Of a DNA stretch of 64,000 nucleotides, positions 1-11,800 are shown piece by piece. Both the position numbers and the translations under genes were made by a program. The DNA is from Raillietiella orientalis (taxonomy: Eukaryota): contig JAYWIR010000014.1 of NCBI GenBank assembly GCA_036172245.1, forward strand, positions 1,488,001 to 1,552,000, written 5' to 3'. The notes under the pieces were generated by a model. The model was given only the letters and a program-made list of their open reading frames with translations, made no database searches and had not been told where the DNA came from. Each line of letters starts with the position of its first letter. The first letter of the stretch is position 1.

Positions 1-3000
1 AGATCTCGAGGGACTGAAAAGAAACGTAGCATCTCGGACTCCTGGTTTTCCTGCTTTCCGCGGCGTGCTTCTGGCGCCGTTCCCAGAAGGGGTGTCGCAC
101 GGAGGCTCCCGGGGAAAACTGGAAACGCGCGAGCAAGGCGAAACAGGAAAAAAAACACCATCAGGAATCCGAACTTCGGGTGCGGGAAGTCTAGGGAAAG
201 GGTCGACGAAGGGGCCAGCTAAACCCTCCAACCGTTTCCTAAAACGAGAACACTCCAGCTTCTTCCGGCTCGTTCGTGTGGCGCGGACGTGCGGAGGCCA
301 CGCCCGGCGCGCCCTCGGGGAGGAGCTCCTGGAAGGCTGAGCGGGCGGCGCAGGACGGTCTCGATGTGGAAGTTCACGCGGTCCGCCACCAACAGCGCAC
401 GCACGGACTGCGGAGCATCAGCAGCGACCAGGCGACTCTGAGGAGCTCTCGCCGACCTCCGCATCCTTCGCTCCGAGCTGCCCGGTTGAGCGCGAGTGTG
501 CGCGGTGCGAAGGAGGAACACGGAGAGTCCTCTTCGTTTCATCTCCCAAAGGCTTCCGCAGAGGATTTCAGGGGCTGTGGATCCAACATTCGCGTCCGGA
601 AACCTCTGCTGCTGCTGCTGCTATAGGGACCGAAAAGAGAGAAGGGAAAGGAAGGGAGTTGCAAGAGGGAGCTGACAAGGAGAAATCAGAGAAGGCAAGC
701 GGCGGCTCCGTTCGGAAGGAGAAAAGGAGAACCGGTGGCGCTCGCGGAGAGATGGCGCTTCTCTTTGACTTTCCACTTTCTCCCTTCTCCTCCTCCTCTT
801 CCTGCTCTCTTTCCTCTCTCCCTCGCCCGCGCCGCCGCCGCCGCTGCCAAACGTCACCGTCCCCCGAGCCCGGGCGCGCGCTCGGAGGCGCTCGCACGCT
901 CTGCGTTTCCAGATCTCGCTCGGCGCGAACCACTGCCAGAGGGCAGAAAGAAAAGGAAAAGAAAGAAAGAAAGAAGAAACTTTTTTTTCTCCTCCCTGCC
1001 CGCTTCGTTAATTCGTTCCGGAGAGAGGAGGGGGATGGGCAGAAAGGGAGGAGAGGGGGCGGAAGCTGCTACCGACGCACCCACAGGCGATAGGGTAAAA
1101 CGAAAAGAGGGGAAGAGCGGGCTCGCGTGCACGCGCGTACGCAGCGGAGCGGCTACCGAAACGCGCCTCTCCGCGCGCGCCTGCAGTTCCCTCAAGCAAT
1201 TCGGGGAGCCAGGGAGAGCTCCTCTTTCCTCAGGCGAGGGAAAGGGTGAGGGGGGAGAGAGAAGGAAAAGGCCACTGCTGCCGCCTACTTCTCCTGCTGC
1301 TCTGCTTCATCCTCCTCCCTCCCTCTTTCTTTTTTCTTCTTCGAAGGAGGGGGAGGTAACTCGCCTGTCGCCTCGAGCACGGGCTCGCCTCGGGGCTGCA
1401 TGGGTGAAGGCAGGGAGGGAAACGCGAGGTACGGGATGGGGGAAGAGCTCACCCGCGTCCGGAACAGGAAGCAGGGCCGTAAACGAAAGGAGCAGAGACT
1501 CCGGTGGCTATCGCCTCCGCGAGCGATCTCTGGAGCTCCCTCCCCTTCTCGAGGCTATGTCCTTCGCCACAGCGCCCAAGGGAAGAAGGCTGAAACGCAC
1601 CCCAAAAAGGAGACCAAGAGAGAAGGAAGCGGACAGACTCCCGCCTGCCTGATGCGTCTTCAAGGCCTCCGGCCGACGGCGACCTCACATCCAGCGTCCA
1701 CGGATCTCGTGGAGGGAGACGGACGCGTGGGCAATGCCCCATCGCCTCAGGAAAGGAGATCAAGGGGGCAGGAAACCGCCACTGGAAGCAAACTATATCG
1801 TGCCCGTACTTTCATACTGGGCCAGACTTGCCCAGAAAGCCTTCACGTTGCAGGACAGGAGGGCGGGAGGGAAGGACGAGCGTCTGCCATCCTTCGTTTC
1901 CGGAAGAGCTCTCGGGGAGCGCCGTCTGCCCCCCAGGACTGGGAAAGAGACAGGGCGACGTCTTCTCCTCCCTCCTTCTGAAAGCGTCTTCCAGGCATGG
2001 GAGGATGGTGTCTCTCTGCAGGACACAGCGGCAGCTGAGGACAGCGCTCCACGAGCCGCGAGGGACTCCAGAGGAAAGGGAGAGGGAAGAGTCGCCGTCC
2101 GACCCGCACGGCGGTGCTAACTTCCTCCTGAGGTTACGGAAGCTGGGAGCATCCCAGCATCCACGCAGGCGAGCATCCACAGGACATGAATGGGGTCTGC
2201 AGGGAGCGCTCCGACTGCAGGAAGTGGCTTCCAGGAGTTCTCCAAGCTGCAGAGTATGGAAGGGCAAAAGGACGTGCGAGGACGCTCCTGTGGTGGCTCG
2301 GGGACCCGAAACTCCGCTCAAGGGGGCATCCCGAGAGAGACTGGGACAAGGTGAGGCAGAAGCTGCATGTGAGGGACCCTGCCGGGGGGACAGAGGCTTC
2401 TGGGAGCAGGAGTTACCATGGCTGCCGAGCGGAGGCAAGTGGGGAGGTGCGCACGTATTTGCTCCCCCCCCCGACCACCTTCGGCGGTGGTGGAGGCGGC
2501 TGACAACTAGGGAACGTCCTTGGCGCGCAACGGCGGAAGTCGCGCGCACCGCCTCGAGGGGGCGCGCGCGACGCGTGCCCGGGAGCGCGCGTGCGCTGCA
2601 GGGCGTATGCGCCGTTCCCAGGAAGCACCCGAGGGCGCTCTTTCCGGGTCCCATTGAAGCCCAGGGAAGGGAGGGAGGACAGGACGCTACGATGCAGGGC
2701 ATCTCCAGAACTGCCGCGCCCCTAAGGTGACCCACGGGGAGGTCCCTCAGCGTCCCTTTGTGCATCGTCTCCTCCCTTTCTGCACCCACTGAAATAGCAC
2801 CTCGCCATTGATCACTGCCACGGTGTAGCGCCCATGAACCCCTAGGGATCGACAGGGATCCCCTCTCCCGCGACTTCGGGTGTAGCGTGGGTTTCGGGAC
2901 TTCCTCGGAAATCCCACGTGGGGAGGGAGTGCAAGCGAGGAAAAGTGGTGGAAGGAGGAATAGGTCTGACTCCTCGAGAGGGAGAAAGGGACGCTCGGGA

Positions 3001-6000
3001 CCGGGGGACGGGCACAGTAGGCGCCGCCAAAAGGAGACAAATAGACAGGGAAGGGGCAGGGGCCTGAGTTCCTTTTTGCTTTCCCGCGATGAGTGCGGTG
3101 CGCGGCACCTCCAGGGATCGCAGAGCAGGCACAAGGCCTTGTGGTGCCTGGGAGAGGGCGCGCTCGGCAGGAGACGGCAGCTACAGCAGTGGGCGCGGAG
3201 CTTCAGTTCCGCCCAGGGCGTCATTCCTGGCCGTGCCAGTGGGGAGAGCGCTGGAGGAGTGAGGGGTGCGAGGTAGGGGGAGGAGACAGCAGAGTGTCCA
3301 CGCCAAGGCCAGATTTCTCTAAAGAGGCGCAGCCATAGCAGCGCTGGGTGGAGCGGTGCGAGGGAGGCCGCGGTCTGACTCTCCGCCTCTCCTGGGAGCG
3401 CGCGCTCCCCTGTTCAGGAGGGACAGGAGGACCGAGGCGCCGCTCTGGGCTTGTTTGGAGAGCGGCGGCGGCAGCTTCTCACCGAGCTTGGTCTCCAAGC
3501 AACTGCTTCTTCTTTTGTCTCTCGCTCCCCCCCCCCTTTTCTCCACCAAAGGCGAAATCGAAGCGCGCGCGATGTCGATCTTCCGGTTGAGAATGAAACA
3601 CACATCTTTGGCATCACACGGCGGCGGCGCTACTCCTCCCCTTCTCTTTTTCTTCCTCCCCTTCCTCCTCTTGCTCTCTCCCTTCTCCCTTCTGCCGCTG
3701 CTGTCTCTTCGGCTATCTTTCTCTTCCTTCACGCCTGCAACGGTTCTGAGGCACGCGGGCTACGGTGGATCCGACGGGCAATCTCCAGGAGAACCCGTCG
3801 CATGAAAACGCACGCCGCCGAGGGAATGAAGGAAGAGAAGGGCCACCCAGGGAACCAGTGTGCAGCATGGCACCCAAAAAGACTCCTTGGTGCTCTTTGG
3901 ACAGACGGCAGAGCCGAGTGGGAGCGAAAAGGAACCAGAGACGAAGGGAGAAGGGCTGTGAAGGCACGGTCCCCATTCGCTCCGTCCCTCTCTCCCTCTG
4001 GGCACGACCGAGACCCATCTAAGGCAACATGAAAGCGACCAAGCTGCTCCCCGAGGCAGGAAGGGAGGGTAGGAGATGTCCCGCTCCTTCCCGTTTCCCT
4101 TTACGTCTTGTGGGCACGAAGGCAAGAGGAGGAGGGGACCGCACGTGGAGGCTGACCCTTGCCTCCCTGTGAGGGCAGCCTCCTTCCGATGCATCCAGGA
4201 AAGAGGGATCCCTAGTCTTCCGGTCCCAGGGATGAATGCGTGCCGCTCGTATTTCTCGGCCACGGTGAACTTCCGGAACGCCCCACTAGAGGCATCCTGG
4301 TCCTCTCCCGATACTAGGCCCCTGACTCGCGTGCCCTTGCGATGCCTTACGCGGGGAGCGCCCATCTGGGAGAGGTGGGGAGGTGTAGCGGCGCCGGGCG
4401 GGAGCCGCTGCAAGCGCATCTGCTCCGAAGGTCGGCCAGGCGAAGGACGCGCCTCCCACGCGCTCCTCCTGAGAGCCAGCGGCATGCGAGGAAGCCCCCC
4501 GTGGTAGCCCAGAGCGTACAGCGGCGATGACGATGACGTCACGACCAGCACGCGCCGCAGGAAGAGCCCCTTCCCTCTTTCCGGGCTTCACGCGGGGGAG
4601 GGAGACCTCTGTCCCGGAGAAAGGCGAGACGTTCAGGGCGTTCGGAAGGAGGAGCGCTGGCGCCCCTCGGGGCGGACTCGGAGAAACGGACTGCGCTCGT
4701 CACTGCGCGGCAAGGCGGGCGGGAAGGGAGGGTCGTGCGCTTTGCCTCCGCGCCCCTCCCCTCTTCGAGGTGCGAGGACGCGTGCGCGCGCGCGTCTCAC
4801 GGGTGGCTTACCGAACACGGGCGCGTTGCCTAGGCGCCGCAGCGCGCTGGGCGAGCCGCGCTTCCGTGTTCGAGAGGCGCCGCGAGCGGCGGCGGAGTAA
4901 CCGGAAGCTCCGCCGCCGCCTTCCCGGAAACGTCGGCTTCTGCGGAGCGGGCCGTTCGCTGAAGCGCGCCCTCTGCCGCCTTTCCCGAGTGCACGGTGGT
5001 GTTCCTGTTGCCCGAGTCCTGCGTGGAGCGTGTTTTTTCTTTTTTTCTATGGTGGTGGCGGCGGTCTCTCCCGTAAGGGAGCCGCCTCCTGGAGAGGGAT
5101 GGCGAGCCCGAACCCCGGGTTCCCGAGATAGTGCTCCCTTCAAGGTCGCGACCTTGAGCCACTCCGAGGGCAGCATGGAAGGCACTAAGCGCTTGCCCGG
5201 AGAGCTATGGGAGCGGAGCCGCGGCAACCCAAGTATCCTGTTCCCCTTCGCCCTCCTAAAAGGTCGCGCGGGCCTGTCGGCCTGCTCCCCGGGAGACTGA
5301 AGAGGAACCGCAAAGGCCCCCCAGGACGCCTGCGAGAGCTCTCGGGAGGAGGGCGGTGCCCTCCCTAATGAAGAACAGGACTAACAGACGAACCCTTTCC
5401 TCACTTACTCTTGAGGGAGTAAGGAAGGGGCGCAGGGAGCCTTTGCGTAAGTGTCCCGAAACTTCTTGGAGGGTCTTCGTGATGCGTGGGACTGCACACC
5501 CCCTCCCTTGCCGGCCCTCGTTCGTGAAACGACGGTGATCAGGAATGGCGCTTCCCGGCCGCTACGGAACCCTATTGCCAGGGGGGGGTCCAAGGAGGAA
5601 GGGGGAACTTCGGGTCCAACTTCAATAGGGGACATCGCCGCGCCATTAAGACCAGCAGCGCCACAGCAGCAAGGAGGATAGAGCCAAAAGCTCCCTCTTT
5701 CCTTCCCTCTCGCCCCTATGAACGACAGGGAGTCAGGGGCAAAGCGCCCCCCCCCCCCACCTGCCCCTTCCCAGAAAGAGTGGGTGTTCACCCTTTCCAC
5801 GCGCCCAGCTTCCGCTTCGTGGAGCTCCAGAGGGCCACTGCTAGGTGGTGAGGGGGAAGAGAGAGGAGAACGGGAGAGGGGCTCTCGTGCGCTCCTCCCC
5901 AAAGCGGAAACGAATGCGGCCGTGAGAGGGAGGACAGGGAAGTAAGGAGATCCTGCCTGGTCAGAGGGGTCCCAGTCTCCCTGCGAGAAGGTTTCCCAAG

Positions 6001-6650
6001 AGATCTTCTTTCCTCCACATACACACCCTCCTCCCCGCAGTTCCCGTGCGCGCGCCGCATGCTGAGATCCCGCCGCTCTCAGAGACACCGCCACTCGGCG
6101 GGAAGGAGGGAAACCAAAACAAAAAACCTCGAAGACGACGATGAGGACGCGAGAAGCGGTGCGCGCGCGCGTCTCGGCCGCGTTGTCTCGATCGATCGGT
6201 CTCCTAGACGACACCCCTCTCTTGTTTTCTCTCTCCTGTGCTTCCTGGCGGGGAGGCTCCCGAGCTGCGCCGACGGGAGATCGAGGGCGAAGCAATGAAA
6301 CGGGATGAAGGGGGAGAGGCCGGGAGAAATTTGCTTGCCCTTACACCCTCTCGAGGCCCTCGTGAATGAGACCGGAAACCGTCCCAAGGGATGCAGGGGT
6401 GCAGGGTGGAGGAAGGGAGGGGGAAAGCAGGTCTCGCATCAGCTTTCGCCTGCATGCTCGCACGCGCACGTCTCCTTGAACGCGGAGGAGGAGGGGAAGG
6501 AAGCGCGTCCGTCACCGTGGAAACCGGCTCGCGCTCGGCGCCGGCTACCCGTCTTGCGCGGCGGCGGTGGACTCCGCGCGTGCGCGAGCGGCGGCGGCGG
6601 TGACGGCGGAGAAGCGCGGGCGCGCTCCTTCGCCTCCTCCTCTCGCGCGC

Positions 6651-6757
6651 AGGGAAGAGGAGGAGGAGGAGGGGGGGGGGAGAGGGGAGGGGGAGGGGAA
6701 GCGCGCCGACCGACCGAGAGAGGGGGGAGCGGGCAGTGGAGAGAGAGAGAGAGAGAG
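6651..6757 (+). promoter_or_regulatory. Purine-rich/G-run tract and (GA)n repeat upstream of the Cip/Kip gene (possible GAGA-factor sites, G-quadruplex potential)
   Basis: Multiple G runs and a (GA)~10 run are directly visible. Function is inferred. Confidence 0.35.
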
Positions 6758-6842
6758 CGCACGCCCTCGTAGTGCCGGCGGTACGCAGCGGTTGTACGCG
6801 CGCGCGTAGCTGCCGTCGTCGCGCGGCGTTGCCCGTAGTAAC

Positions 6843-6909
6843 GGGGCGGACGGGCGGGCGGCGGAGGCTGCTGCTCAGTCTCGCGGCAGCCGTCGTCAGG
6901 ATGAGTTGT
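6843..6909 (+). promoter_or_regulatory. Putative Inr+DPE core promoter with upstream GC boxes (TSS ~6877)
   Basis: TCAGTC at 6875-6880 (arthropod Inr, A+1=6877). AGTTGT at +28..+33 (6904-6909) fits the DPE consensus RGWYVT, and there is a G at +24. GGGCGG boxes lie at ~6844 and ~6856. Confidence 0.55.
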
Positions 6910-7333
6910 GCGCGGTTGCTCGGGCAGCGGTCGGAGCGTGCGGACGGCAGGAAGCAGCCACCGGCGCCTTCCTCCCGAGTGCGCAGGTGCCTCTTCGGGA
7001 TGCCAGACCACGAGGACGAGCGGCGCGCATCCACTCAGGCGCGCGTGCGCAAAATGTGCGCGGAGGCGCGCGCCCGCTGGAACTTCGACTTCGAGAAGGA
7101 GGAGCCCCTGAACGGGCGCTTCGAGTGGCAGAAGTCAGCAGCCGTGACGGTGGCGGCAGCGGCGGCGGCGGCGGCGGCAGCAGCCCCAGAGAAAAAGCAG
7201 CCCCGGGTGGACGCGGTCCCGTGGGGCGACGCGGTGGCCGACGGCAACGACGTGCGCATGGAGTCTGCGCCCAAGGACTTCTTCGTGGTGCCCAAGGCAC
7301 TGCTCGCTAAGCGGGCACAGGCCAGGATCACCG
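6901..7333 (+). CDS. CDKN1: Cip/Kip family cyclin-dependent kinase inhibitor (p21/p27/p57/Dacapo-like), coding exon 1 (144 codons + 1 nt)
   Basis: ATG at 6901 has A at -3. The translation contains the cyclin-binding motif RRCLFG and the CDK-binding motifs ARWNFDFEKEEPL and GRFEWQ (CDI domain). It ends QARIT at a GT donor (ACCG|gtaagg, 7333/7334). The symbol denotes the family, not a specific ortholog. Confidence 0.93.
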
Positions 7334-8325
7334 GTAAGGAACTCCCTCCTTCCTCTCCCGTTCCCCCCTCCCCTCGCCCTCCCCTTCCGTCGTTTGGACT
7401 CTTCCTCCATCCCCCTCCCCCCATCCCCGGAGATCGCGCAAGAGAGCTCGCTCGTAGTTTCGCCCGCCCGTTGCGGACCTTTTTTTTTTTTTTGCCTTTT
7501 CGTCTTTCGCGCGTCTTTCCCCCTCCCCCTCCTCCTCCTTCCCCCTCCTCTCTCTCGACCGCACTGCGTTCCGCCTTCTTGTTCGCGTTGCCCGGGAAAC
7601 CCGTGGCCGTGTAACCTTGGATCGACGAGTTTCTCCGCTGCGTGCTGCTGCTATCTTCGGGCGTACCGTCCGCGCCGCCAGGCGCCGCGCGAGGCGCTCC
7701 ACATGGAGAGTCGGACGGAGCCTCTCCGTATGGATCTTCTTGCCCTGCACCCCGGAGATTTCTCGCCCGAAGCTCCTGCTGAGGAGCGTCCTTTTTTTTT
7801 TTTTCTTTTTTATTCTGCCCAGTTGACCCCTCCCGTAGCTACCCGTTCTTGCACCAGGTCAGCAGGAGTTTCCCCTCGCTCTTCCGCGCGACGGCACAAG
7901 CGCCGTTGGCTCCAGCGTGCCCTCTGCCGAGTAGCGGTCGCCCGGGAAGGCTTTCGGCGTCGCTGTCTGACCGGGGAAGGGGGAGAGAAAAGCCGCCCCG
8001 TTTCCTTCCCTGGTCTCCTCAGCCCCTCTTCCGTCTGAAAGAGCAGCTGCTGCACGCGCGCGACCGATCGGATCAGACGTCTGGAATGGTGCCCTTTCCA
8101 CCCCCTTTCGGGAGAGGATGAGTCTTCCTTCAGGACACGCACCCGGGAACCGGAGACGGACTTTCCTGGAACTCGTCCCGCCCTCCTCTTCCTGCTTCAT
8201 CCCACTGGGGATCATGATGCGACCTTCCCGTGCGCTCCCCAGTTTCGACCCACCGTTCATCCTGCGCGTATCAACCTTTGAGGATGTCCTCTTCCGCGGT
8301 TTTACTTTTTTCTTTGTTCTTCCAG
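7334..8325 (+). other. GT-AG intron (992 bp, phase 1) of the Cip/Kip gene
   Basis: gtaagg donor and tttacttttttctttgttcttccag acceptor. The position inside the PIP box (after T, within the codon for position 6) matches the p21 gene structure. Confidence 0.75.
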
Positions 8326-8414
8326 TTTTCGGCAGGTCCAGGAAACGCAACAGCGGCGGCGTCCGCAAAGAAGCCGGGCGTCCTGCCGTCCGAAGGAAGT
8401 GCCTCAGCAGCTAA
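8326..8414 (+). CDS. CDKN1: Cip/Kip CDK inhibitor, coding exon 2 (VFGRSRKRNSGGVRKEAGRPAVRRKCLSS*)
   Basis: A long polypyrimidine tract and ttccag acceptor end at 8325. The phase-1 join gives QARIT-V-FGRSRKR, matching the PIP-degron spacing and basic cluster/NLS of p21/Dacapo C-termini. TAA at 8412-8414. No better D/E-F-containing acceptor was seen by eye elsewhere in the window. Confidence 0.75.
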
Positions 8415-8883
8415 GGAGAAGGACAGAGCCCGGCTCCGCACGTGGTTCCGCGGCTCCCAGGGAAAGGTGGCCGCGATCGCGGACAGGAGGACAGTGTGCC
8501 CTCTCGGCGGCGTGCTGACGCGAATCTGCTAGCGCCCTTCTGCGCGAAGAGATGGCTCGCTCCTGACTAAGGAACGGACGAGAAGAAGAAAAGATCATGA
8601 AGCATCAGAATGTTTTTTTTTGTGTTCCTAAAGAAAAAGGAAAAAAAAAAAAAGACGATGGGAGCAAACGAAAGGATCATCAACGGCATCGTCCTGGACG
8701 TAACGATACGATAGTTGCGGGAGAAGTCCAGAGATGCCGCTGGATTCCGTGCTCACCCGCTTTCGTTTTCTTCTCCCGAGAAGCGCTTAGGGAAAGAAAG
8801 CCCTTAGAAGCGCGTAGGAAAAAGAAAAAGTAAAAAAAATCATAGGGGAAGAAGGGATCATCAGTGCAAGTGCATTTTGGAGG

Positions 8884-8889
8884 AATAAA
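8884..8889 (+). terminator. Candidate polyadenylation signal AATAAA for the Cip/Kip transcript
   Basis: First AATAAA after the stop codon, following an A/T-run-rich 3' UTR-like segment. Confidence 0.35.
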
Positions 8890-11800
8890 GAAGTGATTCT
8901 TGCCACCTGCGTGGTTCGCTGTTCTTGCTACGGGGACGCTGCCTATCTTCAATTCCCGCGGGGAGGGGCGCTGTCCGTTGGTGCGAGCGACGGATCCCGC
9001 TTGCGTCAGCGAAGTCGCTTTCGTCCGTACACAACTGTCGGATGGTGATGGTAGCGTGCGCATCACGTCATATCTCCCTTCCGTTCCCTCTCAGCTCCTC
9101 CATGGCTGGGAGCGAGTAACCTTGGAAACGGAGGAAGCATTCGTGATCGCCGGCTAGCAGCATTAGCGAAAGACGGGGTGGAGGCGGAAAAACAGAAGGA
9201 AACGGGATGAGAGGGAGGCGAAAGGCTCCCCAATGCAGCTGCCGAACTCATCCGCAGCGCTTGGAACTCTCGGACACCGCAGCCTCCTCAGTGGATCTCC
9301 GATCTTCGCGGAGGGTGGTCCTCGAGGTGACTCGCCGGCTTCCCGTACTTCTCGAAACTGAGGCGCTTCCGGTTCCAACCCGGAAGCGCGGAAGGGTTGC
9401 AGGATCCCGCGCGGCATGCAGTAAGGGAGGAACGATCACCGCACCCTCGAAATGCCCGTATTCCCCAGTGAGGGATCATCCCTGCCTCCGGGTTTTCCGT
9501 TACTCCCTCCCTCCGCGCGTGAGGAGCGCCTCCTTCCTCCAGACGGCTCAGTATCCCGCCTCTGCGCTGACCGATGGTGAGCCCTTCTCGCGGGGTTCTC
9601 AGTTGAGAGGGAGGATAGGGCGCGAGTCCCTCCCCCTCAGGCATGTTCCTCAGGAATGCCTTCCCTCCTTCGCTTCCCCCTCTCCCGGAGCCGGAGAACC
9701 GCACAGCCCTCGGGCGAAAGCTGAACCCTTCATCTCGCAGGAAGGGAACAGACCCTTCCCAAGGGGCACCTTCTGGAGGAACGTCCCCAAGTCGGACTTC
9801 CCTTCCTCGAAAGTGGAGGAACCACCAATGCGGTTTATTCAACTCTACTCTTCCCCCCAAAAATCCGCCTTTCCCAGCGATGACACTCGTCAACATCCCC
9901 AGCCTTCGCTGGGCAAAGCGCCCTGTCGGCCACGGGAAGGGAGGCATTGGGCGCACGCTTTGCTGGCAGAGGAGTGGGACGTTCTGTTCCTGGTCTCGCA
10001 GCCTGCTGGAAACCACCCGTGGGTCGGCTCTTGGATGGTGCTGAGCCGGGAAAATCGAAAGGACTCTCTTGAAGTCTTCCCGGAGGTCAGCACTCTTGGG
10101 CGACCCTTTCGGAGGCTTGGAATGACCGCAGCCTGCAGGCAAAAGGCCTCAGCGTAGCGATCCCGGGCCAACCCAAGCCATTCACTTCGTAGGGGAAAAA
10201 AATGGGCTCCTTTTGCAGCCCGTCCACTCACAGCGGATGCCCTCACCTCGAGGCACGTTTCCTCAGAGTCCCAGGTGCTTCTGACTGCTCTCCGATGGAG
10301 GAGATCCTGCCAGAGGAACGAACCCGCTTTCGCGTTCCAGAATCCAGGAGAGGCTTCCAGACTCATCGGAGAGGAGAGGAAAGAGGGAACAGTCCAGTCT
10401 GGAGGTCATGGGTCGGATCTGGCTGGCAGGGGAAGAAAGGCCACGGGAGAAAGAGCAACCCACCGTCGGGTGGAAGGGCGGGCAGCGGCGGTCTGCTCCC
10501 GCGCTTTTTTTTGTTTTGTTTTATTTTGTTCCAGAGGAGAAAATGTCCCTGGGATAGGAAGAGGGGACTCGCCGTGAGCTTGCTTGGGCAGTTTACGACT
10601 CTCCCGATCCGCCCGCCCAGGGGATTTGCGAGCCGAAGGAATTCGGGGAAGCGATGGGGTTGTGCGCTTCTCTCTTGGATTGCAGATGGTCGCCAATGGA
10701 AACGGCGGGCACGACGAAGACGCGGGAGAGAGTTTGAGAGTAGGCGGAGAGGGACACCGCTCCTTCTCATCCCTCCTCCGCGAGGGGCGCTTCCTGCGGA
10801 AGGCGCGCGTGACGCTGCTTGGAGGAGGGCGGCTCCCTAGGAGGGTTTTCCCCGGGAACGATGGGAAGGGCGTTCGCGGCTCACCCTCCCTCCCCCTCTC
10901 CTGTATCCCTGTCGTCCTTCTGATGGCACATGGCCCCTGGATACTACCTCCTCCTCTCCCTCCCGGGAGGACACCTGTTGCGTTGGCCGGGTCGCAAGGG
11001 CAAGGCGATCACGCCCTCCAAGCAGCTACAGGCGTGCCCCACCGGCGGCCGGTTCTTCTTCCGGCGGAGGCGGAAACCCACTTTCGCGGCGGCTGTCCCC
11101 GGTTTTGCGGCAGAGAAAGTTCCCGAGGTGGTGAAGGGAGACGGGATGCTGGAGGAGGCGCCGGAAGTGCGTCGGAGTTCGGGTTGCTGCTGCTGCTGCC
11201 GCCGCCGCCTACCGCCCAAGGAGCGGCAGTGGCTCCGGACGCCCTCTGCTGCCCTGCCGCCACCTCGGCCGGCGGCAGTGGTGGCGGCGTGGCTTAGGCG
11301 GGGCGCGCACAAGGAGACGCGTCGCCCCTCGCCTCTCGCTGGGCGTGGCGGCTCGCATAGCCCTCCGGGCGGCCGCCTGAGCTGCGAGCCGGCGTGGTCC
11401 AGGAGTCAACGAACCCGCGCGGCCACCTCCATGCAGTCCGTCCACCTGGCGGCTCTCGTCTCATCCCTTCGAGGGGAAGGCGGCGCGCCATCGCGGTCCT
11501 CCCGGACGCGCACCTGCGGGGGGATGCCCTACCCGAGACCTTCCTGACTCCGGAGACGTGCGCACGGGGCGAGAGGTGCGCGCGGGTTGTGCGGCCTGGA
11601 GCTCCTTCGGGACCTTTACTTCGTGAGGTGCCTGTCGTCTGCCAACTTCTTGCTGAAACCCCGCGTCCCAGATGTGCGCTTCCTCGTGGTGGTGAAAGCG
11701 GGCGGAAGAACCTTCGGGCCCTGGGCAAACCGGAGGCAAACGCGGTGGCTCCTTTTCGGAGGCTGCCTGGGCAAACGATGAATCATGCCTCCTCCCCTCC

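Noticed and set aside
219..621. Minus-strand open frame after a polypyrimidine tract and tag acceptor (QQQQQRFPDA...)
   Set aside because: No recognisable domain or partner exon, and the composition is typical of chance GC-rich ORFs.
6736..7614. 292-aa ORF-track version of the CKI protein
   Set aside because: It starts at a GTG upstream of the likely TSS and reads through the gtaag donor into low-complexity intron sequence. The spliced 173-aa model fits the family better.
8394..8414. C-terminal CLSS as a CaaX prenylation motif, or KCL as a second cyclin-binding motif
   Set aside because: a2=Ser is atypical for CaaX and KxL lacks the downstream hydrophobic residue; too weak without conservation data.
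11050..11080. FFFRRRRK as an alternative PIP-degron exon
   Set aside because: No AG acceptor or polypyrimidine tract immediately upstream.
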